DNA from: a virus
IMG/VR virus record: IMGVR_UViG_3300002098_001673
Location: 1 to 64,000 of that record
DNA length: 64,000 nucleotides
Reading direction: 5' to 3' (one strand)
Shown here: piece after piece, positions 39,601-49,100 of the stretch
Position numbering within the stretch: the stretch's first letter is position 1
How the letters are laid out: each line of letters opens with the position of its first letter
Notes under the pieces: model-generated
Seen by the model: only the letters and a program-made list of their open reading frames with translations
Told to the model about the DNA's origin: nothing
Database searches by the model: none
Position numbers and translations under genes: made by a program

Positions 39601-41705
39601 AATATTTTATTCACAATAACATTTAAAACTGATGGATGGTCAACAACAACTTTCCATTGTAAACTACCACCTCTACTTGTATTTTTATATGTGTATACAG
39701 GTTCTGGCCTTCCAATAAAATCAGTTGTAACCCAATTTGCCTGAACATTTTCACTAAAAACTAATCCATAGGGAGGAAACCACATTACTCTACCTCCGTT
39801 TGGACCTCTTTCACATATTGCTAAATCAGATACAGTATATCCTGGTGCTCCACCTGTTCTCCACGCTAAATTTTCCAAAGAAAACATATATTTTTTAGCG
39901 TAAGCTTGATTTGTATTTCCAATTAAATTACTTGAATCTTGTCCACCTTCTTGTTTATTTGGAGCAATATTAAGATTATATGTTTTATCTAAAACAGAAT
40001 AACTGAATTTTCTACCTTCAGTTGTCATGCCATCTGTTTTCTGTAAATTATTATATTGAAGATATGGTATATCTTTAGCAAAAACTCTACAATATTCTGT
40101 ACCAACCTCATTCCCTATCGAACCAACGTAACTTAATACTCTTGAACCTTTTGTTAATTCTTTATATCCATCATTAAATACTTTACTAACTTGGTCAATA
40201 GCGTTACCTACGTGTTGTAACCTTCTTCCTCCGCTTGGTTGACTATCAATAATCCTTTGAGTATCGTCAAGTATTGAACCTTCTCTAAATGTTCTGTTTG
40301 TAGATTCTGTCGAATCATACGATGACGTCTTATAATTTAAAGCTTGGTTTGTGACCTCTCCACCAATACCAACTTTTTTACCGGCATTACCTTTATACTT
40401 TGGAGATACCCATGTAAATCCTCCTTCCACTCCACCCCCATCACTATATGTAGGTCCGTTAGCGCCCAATTTTACATCTTGACTTGGTCCTTCATATAAT
40501 TGAGCCAATTCTTGTGGACCATAAACAGGAGACTGTACTTCTTGTCCATATTCATTAACAGGTAAATCACCACCAGGTGAAAATACTCTTGATGGGTCGG
40601 ATGTTTTTGAACCAACATAAAAATCACTATTGTTAGTTGTTGACCCTACAATAACACCTGCAACCCTATCAAATAAAGTTCTATCATAATCAGGTTTAAA
40701 TTTATTATAATCTAAATTACCAAATAATCTTGATTTTTGACCTCCTCCTGTATTATTTAAAAATAATTGTGAACCTGTTTTATCTCCACCTAATAATCTA
40801 TTAAAAAATTTACCAACACCATTATTTGATTGTCTAAAAGCGTTTTGTAATTGTTGTATCGTTGTTGGTTGTCCAGAATTAATACTTGAATCAAAATATG
40901 AACCAGGTATTGTTGATACTGGTAATATACTTCCAGCCAATCTTAAGGCATAAGTAGTTGCAGCTAAAACAGGGTTAGCAGGCATTGTAATTGTATAATC
41001 AGGTTCTATAAGTGGAACCCTACCTGTAATTAAATTTAATACATCAGTACCACTCCTAACATTAAAAATATTAGCTCTTCCTGTAGTATTTTTTACTACT
41101 TCCCTATTAATATTATTTTCAAAAGCTTCTTTTAATTTTACCGCACCTAATCTAGCCAAAAAAGAATCTTGGCTTAATAAACCATTACTACCTAAAGGGT
41201 CTTTACTTAATAAAATAGATACAGGAGAATATGATGAATTAATTAAAGATGCTGGATATGGTTGACTATTTGGTGTTCTATCTTGGTCAGGTCTTACCGT
41301 TTCAAAAGATGCAATAGCATTTGCTGCATCAAAAATTTGTGTCGTATCGGCATAAGCGTTTAATGGTCTCCAATTTCTTGGAGCGTCGTATCCCTCATCA
41401 ATTATATGCGCATCTTGAAATCCATATTCACCTTCGTTAGATTTATTATTTAATAAGGAACTTGGGTCAGGAACTTGTTTATATCCACCCTCATTACCAT
41501 ATTGATTTAATGGGAATAATTTATTTGCAAAGGATGGTACGTCAATAAGTTGGTCTGGACTATCTACAACAGATAAATCTGATTGAATTACTTCGTAATC
41601 AATCGGAGGGTCAGTTTTACTAGGGGATTTAGCATAAGGGACTAAGTTTCTAGTTATTAATTTTTTTCTAAACCCCGCAGAATCTATTAGTAATGGACTT
41701 GGCAT
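36648..41705 (-). CDS. Large tail tube-initiator-like protein with an OmpA-like domain
   Basis: WFPPY...FSENVQANW...FIGRPEPVYTYKNTSR and PPVLVLRIGDFYNTKII...PMIANITLGFSFVGG flank FYFGNDYP...IIIDGMTSAPASNAYNLKLSEKRIDSA...LGE...CRRAYI. Confidence 0.65.
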   Translation of the reverse strand: MPSPLLIDSAGFRKKLITRNLVPYAKSPSKTDPPIDYEVIQSDLSVVDSPDQLIDVPSFANKLFPLNQYGNEGGYKQVPDPSSLLNNKSNEGEYGFQDAHIIDEGYDAPRNWRPLNAYADTTQIFDAANAIASFETVRPDQDRTPNSQPYPASLINSSYSPVSILLSKDPLGSNGLLSQDSFLARLGAVKLKEAFENNINREVVKNTTGRANIFNVRSGTDVLNLITGRVPLIEPDYTITMPANPVLAATTYALRLAGSILPVSTIPGSYFDSSINSGQPTTIQQLQNAFRQSNNGVGKFFNRLLGGDKTGSQLFLNNTGGGQKSRLFGNLDYNKFKPDYDRTLFDRVAGVIVGSTTNNSDFYVGSKTSDPSRVFSPGGDLPVNEYGQEVQSPVYGPQELAQLYEGPSQDVKLGANGPTYSDGGGVEGGFTWVSPKYKGNAGKKVGIGGEVTNQALNYKTSSYDSTESTNRTFREGSILDDTQRIIDSQPSGGRRLQHVGNAIDQVSKVFNDGYKELTKGSRVLSYVGSIGNEVGTEYCRVFAKDIPYLQYNNLQKTDGMTTEGRKFSYSVLDKTYNLNIAPNKQEGGQDSSNLIGNTNQAYAKKYMFSLENLAWRTGGAPGYTVSDLAICERGPNGGRVMWFPPYGLVFSENVQANWVTTDFIGRPEPVYTYKNTSRGGSLQWKVVVDHPSVLNVIVNKILTNETNKARIDQMLESFFAGCLKYDLYELAKKYYTIPPNDLQLLQEAISSKKETKEQIQYSIETAQSGDKPVDNQVNQSISSSNSANSTTKVDLKSFNNLGFYFGNDYPKTFGVNYNTEYTRYTSDSNKKYYQEQSPSTAEQTSSFFNSVVTSNYDNLNELINELQKQLTNSTGTVTIIIDGMTSAPASNAYNLKLSEKRIDSAIIFFTSDTRIQNFVQTQRLLIKKGQALGENSEVSIYNKETGKLSGQKVSCTDGDNPSDSQTLTTKIYSTNAMACRRAYISSIIPNLNQPPPAQPVNVTQQKPPDVLVGTITPSTTKPQSLEQNPKPSDNITKKVLRALLSECDYFETIKQDTPMVYDNLKEKLKYFQPAFHSTTPEGLNSRLTFLQQCMRPGDTIPTIKQNSPDGKPELQYNDATNTAFGAPPVLVLRIGDFYNTKIIPSNLSITYENLDLNPEGIGIQPMIANITLGFSFVGGSGLKTAVDKLQNALTFNYYANTEMYDDRADVTDDSLKIIDKDFLNYTKTNPPTTNQVQNNNGQSNNDTIGTIISTVKNVSGDTIGTISYQTFMDSFSEASQNYFINFINKSKESLKQYNNALLQNWTAERLYVDGNLLSNTTVNVPLIGKPNLDSKKNGLVYRIDKVFDDLMSNIKTNNEEEQDRFIQYMSQKKLGFSEKVIRQLKHNYGNFIKNKKSRYQTDITKITQEFTIAQQNYIQYLSKANVLLYPPTPTEGTDGLQQLNGNAVIYNISGTTDVYQGSDGTTLDELNQDIKKIGDGLIGYYQFAQNQILFKYKSKDYIGYLLYGANGESDKTSSKTLLKEVFNPFSELDEFNNKTFRRMYMILSNDIIDDKNFQTFKTAIIGDIVNNSSILGNGNVDVDKEFSFYWMSIAKPKFEEENNITTEFLNSLEKGIFKDFVVYTPFPKNKKRMFTYKVMNNPKSEQKELIISLNNSTQTGNQNTNNKKWNTLNNTNVYISKIKLN

Positions 41706-41730
41706 CTATAGTTTATTTATGATAAATAGA

Positions 41731-43683
41731 TTATGTATACTTTTTCTTCTCAAGTTCAATAGCTTTACTGTCAACCATTTTATAAACTTTATCTTTAAAT
41801 TCAGAACTATTCAGATAATCGGTTAACCATTGTAAGCTTATACCAGGAGGAGCATCAACTTTAAATGTTACCGTTCCACCAAAATCAACTTGTTGATTTA
41901 TCACACTTGTCAGTGATTCATCTCCTGTTTTTCCTCTTAAATTATTATAATTATCCGATGTAATTGCCTCTACTTGAGTTGATGGTGTTGAATCAACAAT
42001 CGGCATACCAACTTGTTGATTTGCTTCTTGTGGTTTTATTTTTGTTTGTTTTCTATCTGTGTTTGGATTTACAATTTGAGTCGTTTGTTTTTGTTGTGTT
42101 GTTGGTTTTTCTTTATTTAAAAAATTTGATAAAGGTTCAAATATCATACTTTTAGCATAGTTTTCAATATCGCTTCTTTGTGGTTCTATTTTTTTATTAA
42201 TTTCTTTTACTGCATCTTTTAATACATTTAAAGCGTCTCCCTGTACTCCTTTAAATTTAGTCTCTAAACTTTTTTCGGTTTCTTTTATTTTTAATTGAAA
42301 CTCTTTATCACTCATTTTGTCTCTGCCGCTTAACAAACTTTGTATTGATGTCATAGCCGTAGCGAGTTCTTTTGTGATTGGAGTTTTTTCTACAGTTTTA
42401 TTAACAGTTCCAACAACAGCAGTAGTGAGTCTATCAACCCCTGAAATATTTTTTCTAATAACAGATAAATCAGCAACACTATATCCAATTTTATTGGAAG
42501 CTCCTTCAGCAGAATTAGCAATTTTTTCAAGAAAGTCTAATTGAGCCAAACCAATTTGTTCCATAGTTTTTGGAGCTTTTTCTTGAATTTCTTTTAATTT
42601 ACCAAATTGGTCTTTTGTAACATCTCCAAGACCTTCCCATATTTCTTGTCCTTGGTTATCTAACCCAAGTTTAACTTGATATTTCCCATCTCTCATTACT
42701 GCCATATTCGCTAATAACTTTCTATCATCTTCAGGAATATCTAATTTAACATCAGATAATCTTCTATTTAAATCGGCAGAAGCAATTGCAGCTTTTGATA
42801 ATTCAGCAGCAGTTGTACCTAATGGACCAGCCATTTCTTTTAAAGTTAAAATCCCTTGTGGATTTATTTTAAATGTTTTTGTTTTTTCATCAAATTCTGT
42901 AAATTGTTGTGTTGCCTTAATAATACTATCTTGTAATGCTCCAGGGTTTACTAAAGCATCATTCATCATAGTTAATGGGTCACCTAAATCGCCAACAGCA
43001 ACTCCTAATCTTTGGAAAGCTGAAGCAGCTTCTATTGCTCCTTCAGGACTTAATACTTTATCTGCAAAATCTGCAGTTGTTCTCATATCAAATTTTAACA
43101 TAGAAGCTTGAGCAGCCATTTTTGTTAAACCTTCAACTCCATTAGTAAAACTGAATCGATTTAACATTTCTATGTTGTTTAAAACATCTTTCATTACTGT
43201 TTTAGCATTAAGTCCAATACTTTGAACATAATGTACAGAGTCTTCAACATTTTTACCTATATTTTCAGTTTGAATTCCAACATTGATAAATGACTCGGTC
43301 AAATCTTTAAGGTCTACACCCAAAACTTTTGATGTGGCATATATTTTTGTAATAACATCTTCTGTCTCAATAACATTTCTTCTAGACGAATCGGCAATTG
43401 CCTCAATTATATTTTTAACGTCATTTATACTTCCTCCAAGTGTCCTAACAATAGGAACGGTTTTGGCAAAAGCAGATTGCATTTCATCAATCCTTTGTCC
43501 AGACGTTAAAAAACTTCTATCTAATGTTTTTGCGGCAACTATCATTTGTTCTGCAGATGTTGCCATGTTTTTCAATAAATTAGATGAAAACATATCATTA
43601 AAAGACTTTTGTAAAGTTTCTAATTGTTTTTTATACTCTTCAGCTAATTGTTCTGGAGTTTTTATTTGTTCAGAATCCGCCAT
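41731..43683 (-). CDS. Tape measure protein
   Basis: Ala/Gln/Leu-rich helical 650 aa; follows tube and chaperone genes; PEGAIEAASAFQRLG...DPLTMM. Confidence 0.75.
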   Translation of the reverse strand: MADSEQIKTPEQLAEEYKKQLETLQKSFNDMFSSNLLKNMATSAEQMIVAAKTLDRSFLTSGQRIDEMQSAFAKTVPIVRTLGGSINDVKNIIEAIADSSRRNVIETEDVITKIYATSKVLGVDLKDLTESFINVGIQTENIGKNVEDSVHYVQSIGLNAKTVMKDVLNNIEMLNRFSFTNGVEGLTKMAAQASMLKFDMRTTADFADKVLSPEGAIEAASAFQRLGVAVGDLGDPLTMMNDALVNPGALQDSIIKATQQFTEFDEKTKTFKINPQGILTLKEMAGPLGTTAAELSKAAIASADLNRRLSDVKLDIPEDDRKLLANMAVMRDGKYQVKLGLDNQGQEIWEGLGDVTKDQFGKLKEIQEKAPKTMEQIGLAQLDFLEKIANSAEGASNKIGYSVADLSVIRKNISGVDRLTTAVVGTVNKTVEKTPITKELATAMTSIQSLLSGRDKMSDKEFQLKIKETEKSLETKFKGVQGDALNVLKDAVKEINKKIEPQRSDIENYAKSMIFEPLSNFLNKEKPTTQQKQTTQIVNPNTDRKQTKIKPQEANQQVGMPIVDSTPSTQVEAITSDNYNNLRGKTGDESLTSVINQQVDFGGTVTFKVDAPPGISLQWLTDYLNSSEFKDKVYKMVDSKAIELEKKKYT

Positions 43684-43711
43684 AATATTTTTTTTATTAT
43701 ACTATAAATAG

Positions 43712-43739
43712 AAGAAGGACTGATTTTTCAGTCCTTCTT
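43712..43739. terminator. 12-bp perfect hairpin overlapping the stop of the chaperone extension
   Basis: aagaaggactga-tttt-tcagtccttctt. Confidence 0.55.
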
Positions 43740-43883
43740 ATTCTCTTCAATCCATTTATCAAGAAGATATTTTCTAACGAAAATTGGCATCTTTTCAAAA
43801 TCTTGGTATGTTATTTTTAATAATGTATTCAAATAGTAAAACTCATCTATTTGACCTTTCCTATAATCAGAAGAAAGGACGAA
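43728..43883 (-). CDS. Tail assembly chaperone C-terminal extension in +1 frame (G-T type); not in ORF track
   Basis: Manual translation FVLSSDYRKGQIDEFYYLNTLLKITYQDFEKMPIFVRKYLLDKWIEENKKD*; fills the gap between chaperone and tape measure; no ATG near its 5' end. Confidence 0.7.
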   Translation of the reverse strand, partial: FVLSSDYRKGQIDEFYYLNTLLKITYQDFEKMPIFVRKYLLDKWIEENKKD

Positions 43884-44610
43884 AGAAATCAACCCCAAAC
43901 CCAACATTAAACGTTAGTTTTTCTCCTGATGGGGTTGTTACTGTTCTATTCATATCTAATTTTGGTTCGTTTGAATCCATAAATTTTCTAATGTATTTTG
44001 AATCCGCAATAGGCATTTGTTCTACAAACTTCGCAATTTCGGCTCTATCAGTACTTCCGTCAACTTCAATAATTTCTTTTTGTAGTCTCCATGTTACTTT
44101 CGGAGCAACTCTTCCTTGAGGGTACGATTCTGTCATTTTTTGTATTTCCATAACCTCACCATAACTTAATGGTTTTATCTTAACCGTTGATTGTGATTTA
44201 GGTAATGGTGTTACAAACGTACCATCTTCTAATGGGGGTTGTCCATTAATTATTGGTAGTTCATCCAATCTAACAGTTGTTTGGAATGGTTTCCTTGTTT
44301 GGGGGTCAGTTAAAGTCATATTTATTTCAGGACCAAAAGCTGTATTTCTTAAGAAAATTAGAATTGATTCAACATCACCTTCTAATAAATCTTCAACTCT
44401 AATATCTGGTTCATATATCTTCGCTCTAAGAAGATTTAATGTGAGGTCAGAACCTCCAGCCATTAATATATTTTCATCAGAAGCGGTTAAATATCCAACT
44501 TTAATTGACTTTTTTTTATTTTTATAAAAAACTCCTTGCGATGGTAAAGGAACCACATCATGTGGTAATGTGAAATTTTGTTGAGCGTAATCTCTTGTTT
44601 GATTATCCAT
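43867..44610 (-). CDS. Tail assembly chaperone / T4 gp26-like hub assembly protein
   Basis: VPLPSQGVFY...YLTASDENIL...LLEGDVESILIFLRNTAFG...MPIADSKYIRKF...GVDFFRP; between tube and tape measure. Confidence 0.8.
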   Translation of the reverse strand: MDNQTRDYAQQNFTLPHDVVPLPSQGVFYKNKKKSIKVGYLTASDENILMAGGSDLTLNLLRAKIYEPDIRVEDLLEGDVESILIFLRNTAFGPEINMTLTDPQTRKPFQTTVRLDELPIINGQPPLEDGTFVTPLPKSQSTVKIKPLSYGEVMEIQKMTESYPQGRVAPKVTWRLQKEIIEVDGSTDRAEIAKFVEQMPIADSKYIRKFMDSNEPKLDMNRTVTTPSGEKLTFNVGFGVDFFRPFF

Positions 44611-44619
44611 ATAAAAAAA

Positions 44620-44651
44620 TTAACCGTAAAGTTTATGTGCTTTACGGTTAA
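44620..44651 (-). terminator. Intrinsic terminator after tail tube gene
   Basis: ttaaccgtaaag / ctttacggttaa 12-bp stem followed by T7 on the minus strand. Confidence 0.75.
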
Positions 44652-44694
44652 ATATAATTGTTATTATTTTTAAATAAATCTTTTCTTTAAAAAA

Positions 44695-45183
44695 TTAGTA
44701 AACTAATACACATCTGTCCATTCTTAGTGTTGCTGCGATTGTTGCCAAAGCATCTGCATTGTAAGCTAATGTATTAAAGTTAACATCTGTTAAGAATGTA
44801 CCATATAATATCCATTTTTCAACAACAACTCCAGTTGGGTCCAACATTTCCAAGTCAATGTCTTTCTTATACCCTGCAGCGTATCCCATTCTACCTGTAA
44901 CAGACTCAGCGTGTAGACGAACCCATTCCATTAGGGCTTGAGCCGCAGAAGGTCCTATTGGGTCTCTAAATGTAACATTAAGAGTTTGCCATGTAAATCT
45001 ACCAGCAACATATGTTGACGTATTTAAAAAGGGTATTTCTACCGGATTAATCATAATGTGAGGTCTTTGGGCTGTTTCTACAAACCACTCATTTATTCCC
45101 AAACTTGATGGAAATCTTAAAATGAATCGATTCTGACGTTTCGGTTCATACGGTATCGGCATTTTCATTAGTAAATCAGCCAT
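44695..45183 (-). CDS. Tail tube protein, T4 gp19-like
   Basis: EPKRQNRF...YVAGRFTWQTLNVTFRDPI...WVR...YKKDIDLEMLDPTGVVVEKWILYGTF. Confidence 0.9.
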   Translation of the reverse strand: MADLLMKMPIPYEPKRQNRFILRFPSSLGINEWFVETAQRPHIMINPVEIPFLNTSTYVAGRFTWQTLNVTFRDPIGPSAAQALMEWVRLHAESVTGRMGYAAGYKKDIDLEMLDPTGVVVEKWILYGTFLTDVNFNTLAYNADALATIAATLRMDRCVLVY

Positions 45184-45273
45184 ATTATTATAATTTTGTT
45201 TTTTTGTTTATTTATATAAATATATCTTAGTTAAAAATTTTTCTATTTACTTTATTTTTAAATAAATTATTTC

Positions 45274-46101
45274 TTATTTAACTTCCTTTTTAATTCCTCC
45301 AGCAGTAGAATAAGTCCTAACTAGATTATCTGGTTTATCTTTAAAATGTTTCTTCATTACTTCAACATTTCTAATATCATCATCTGAAAATCCAATTAAT
45401 GGTTTTTCTGGTTTAAATTTATTAGCAATATCTTTTTTTAGATATGCTTTTTTATTTAATAGTGCCGCCATTCCTTTAATGTAAGAAACGAAATCATCCA
45501 TTGCCATAACTTTTAATTCTTCAGGATTTGCACTAGAACCACCCCCAAATGTTACAGGGTGATATTTGTTGAGTTCTAAATAAGATTTTATTAATTCATT
45601 ATCTGACATATCATCTTCATCCACAAAAGACCTATATTTTTTTAAGTTTTTAACTAATTGATTTTTATCAATACCATTAAATCCTGTAATAATATAATTA
45701 TAAATCGCTTGTTTTAATGTGTTTGGATTATGTCCCCTAGCAGTAATTATGGAAAAAATTGACCCATTATTTATTGACTCTTTAAAATCATCAAATGCTG
45801 GACCTGGTTTTGCTTTCATTGCATCAATCAAGAAAGTTTTATCACCTTCAGTTCTAAAATTTCTAAAAGGATTTTCCGCAAATCCGACTATTTTTTCTCC
45901 ATGATAATTAAAAGGTTTTGAACCAATCATTGTTCTATATTCGGCAAAATCTTCAGTACTCATTCCAATCTCATCACCATTATCATTTTTTAAAATAATT
46001 TTTGTTGGCATATGAACAATATTATCATCCCAATCGAATGCATAATATTTCATGTCAGGGGTACCTTCTTCTTTGAAACCTTCTTTAAATTCTTTTCTCA
46101 T
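45274..46101 (-). CDS. HAD-superfamily phosphatase-like protein
   Basis: Motif I YAFDWDDNI, motif II IITARGH, Lys (ELKV), motif IV GFSDDD..N. Confidence 0.7.
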   Translation of the reverse strand: MRKEFKEGFKEEGTPDMKYYAFDWDDNIVHMPTKIILKNDNGDEIGMSTEDFAEYRTMIGSKPFNYHGEKIVGFAENPFRNFRTEGDKTFLIDAMKAKPGPAFDDFKESINNGSIFSIITARGHNPNTLKQAIYNYIITGFNGIDKNQLVKNLKKYRSFVDEDDMSDNELIKSYLELNKYHPVTFGGGSSANPEELKVMAMDDFVSYIKGMAALLNKKAYLKKDIANKFKPEKPLIGFSDDDIRNVEVMKKHFKDKPDNLVRTYSTAGGIKKEVK

Positions 46102-46111
46102 GTTAAATTAA

Positions 46112-46138
46112 AACTGGGATACAATATGTACCCCAGTT
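46112..46138 (-). terminator. Hairpin/terminator after sheath gene
   Basis: Minus strand aactggggtaca-tat-tgtatcccagtt (one G-U pair) followed by T-rich sequence. Confidence 0.6.
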
Positions 46139-46148
46139 ATTTTTTTTA

Positions 46149-49100
46149 TTATATGTTTTCAAATGAAGCTCCTGTTGGTGTGATAAAGAATTCAATATCA
46201 ATAAATTCAAGAGCTTTAGTTGGTTTAAGATAAATTTTACCTGTTAAAGTATTTCTATCTAAATCTTCAGGTGATGAAGAAACTGTTACACGGAAATCAT
46301 AAAGACCTCTATCTCTTCTGATAGAATCCAAAATAGGATTAACGCTATCCAAGAATTGTTGTCTAACGATTTGGTCGTTTTGTTCGAACAATAATCTTAC
46401 TGCTACAGCTGATATTAATTTACGAGCTTGTAATAATAATCTTCTTACATTTAACCTGTTCAATGCTGATTCAGTTACTTGTAAAGTTTTATTACCCCAA
46501 ATTACAGTTCCTACATCGGAGAAAGTTGCGATTGGGTTAATTCTACCTTGATAAAGTGTATCTCTATCTTCTTGAGTTAACTTACGTCTAGCTTTAATTG
46601 AATTTACAAGACCTCTTGTGTAACCCGCTGATGCGAACCAAGGGAATGCAATGTTATCTGTTAATGCTAAGTTTCTACAAACTTCACCTGTTGGCGGAAG
46701 ATATATTTGTGTATTATTCACAGTATCTCTCACAAGTATCCAAGGATAGTAAGTTGCTGTATAGTTTGAATCAATTCCTGTATTATCAAGATTATCAACA
46801 GCTTCTTGTGGATAAATCACATCATATTGACTTGTTCCATCAGGAGTATACATGTTATAATCTGGTGTTGTTGCAATATAAACAGAATCCGCTCTTTGAT
46901 ATTGAACCATATTAATAGTCTCTTCCACTAAATTGGAGTTATTAACATAATCGATACCTGCAGTAGCAAAAACATTAATGTTTGTTGCTTCAGGATTTGC
47001 AAAAGTTAAAATACCAAGTAAATAAGCGTAGTAATCAGAATTAGCAAAATCTTGAGTATTGTTTTGAACAACAATCCTTTTGAATAAACCATCTCCTGTA
47101 GCTGTTGGATACCTTGTTGAAGGTGCTGCTCCCGCTAAATAACCTGACGCTCCTAATTGGAATCTATCTTGGTTTGTTCTATATTCTCTATAAATGTCCC
47201 ATCCATCAAATCCACCCGCAAAACATACTGTATATTTTCTTGAGTAAATAAAATAATAAGGATTTTCTTGAGTTTCTGGGTCAAATCTAAAATCCGCAAC
47301 TCCACATTCAAAAGCAGTTTCACCACTTGTTAATAAAGCCGAATTTGAAATTGAAACTACAGTAGCTCCTGAGTCCATGTGAAATCCTTTACTTAAGTAA
47401 TTCCAAGGTGCAGAATCTGTAGCATCTGCCCATCCAACTATTGGATTTTGTTTTCCCTTATATTCTAAGAAAGATTCGTCAATTCCAAATTGACTTGAAA
47501 ATCCTAAATAAGTTCTTCTAACAATATCACCTCCAGATTCAACAGCATTTGAACCTCCTGAACTTGTTCCAAATGGAGGGTCAAATACTACTTCACCAGG
47601 ATAATAGTATTTTGTTTTATATACAGGATATGGTGATGGATTATTAACACTTTCATATTGTCTCTGTGTGTAACCATAGAATCCACAAGGAAGTGCATCT
47701 ATAGGATAATCATTAGCCATTTCCAACATGATGTATTTTGAAATCAGTGCAAATTCACCATTTGAAGAGCCTATTTTTTTAGCAACAAAACTATTTGAAC
47801 CAGGGTCCATAGTACAGTTTGTGAACTTTTCAATAACAACAGGATTTGCGTCTGTATCGTAGAAGTTTCTAACTAATACATCAAATGTCATATTGTTAAA
47901 TGATAAGTTTGCAATTGAAACTTTAATTTCTGTATTTGCAGATGCTCCGTCAGATATCGAAATAAATTTAAATAATCTATAAACTTTATTACCTCTTAAT
48001 TCTGAAACTAAAAAAGGTGTTTCAGGAGATTGATATTTTTCCAAATTCCAAGCTATAGATGAAGGGCTTTCACTTCTTGCGTCTGGAAGAGCAATTAAAT
48101 CACATTTTAAACCACGGATATAACCTTTATTGTATGCGTAATTTAATGTCGCTTGATAATACTCCTCAACAAAAATAGGAACTTGAGTTCTATTTTTTCC
48201 AAAGTTATCAATACCAAGAACTTTTGTAATATATTTTGAAGAAGATGCTAACATCGAAACTTCAAATGAGAAAGTGTTACTATCTTTAGTTATACCTGAA
48301 AGTAAAAATGTTGCGTATGGATTTTGAGTTATACCCGAATACTGACCACTACAAACTAATTGTAAATCAGTTAATCCACTAACTTCATAAACGGGACCAT
48401 GGTCAACACTATCACTACTATTAGAATATAATGATATACCTCTAGAACGAAGAGTTGAAACAACCATATTATTAAAATTAGTATATGCTGTTCCTGTAAA
48501 AGAATATGTTTTACCAGTTATAGTACCTGTAAAAGTGTTTGATGGTCCTGAAACTAAAGATGTAATAACATAATCAAAAGAATATCCTGTATAATTATTA
48601 CCACTTGTAATATCAAAATTCGCATAAAACCAAGGGTCGTTGGAAGATGCTGTTAAATCATTTGTAGCTAAATTATTTGTATCACATCCATATACATTAG
48701 TAACTGCTGAATATTGACCTGTTATTGTATTATAATTTTGTTCAGGTATCGCTCCATACATAACAACAGTTGTTGCCGATGTTTGAGGACTATCATAAAT
48801 AGAATTAATTATATTAGTAAAATCGGATGATAATGTTGATACACTGCCATCAGATAATCTATATTGTTTGTTAAAGTTTACCAAAACATTAGCAGGTAAA
48901 GAACCACTAACAAATGTTAATGTATTAGCTGAAGAAATTCCTGTGAAACTTGCCGTAAAAGTAGTTGCAGATATTCCTGAATTAATACCAATTGTTGTTG
49001 GGTCAACATTAGCAATTAAACTAAGGCTCCATGAAGGACCAGCATCATAACCAGATAATCCTAAAATTCTAGTTACAAATAATTGATTAGATTGTTGTAA

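Noticed and set aside
9131-45222. Plus-strand TATAAATA as classical T4 late promoters
   Set aside because: Wrong orientation for the adjacent minus-strand genes; treated as sense TATTTATA instead.
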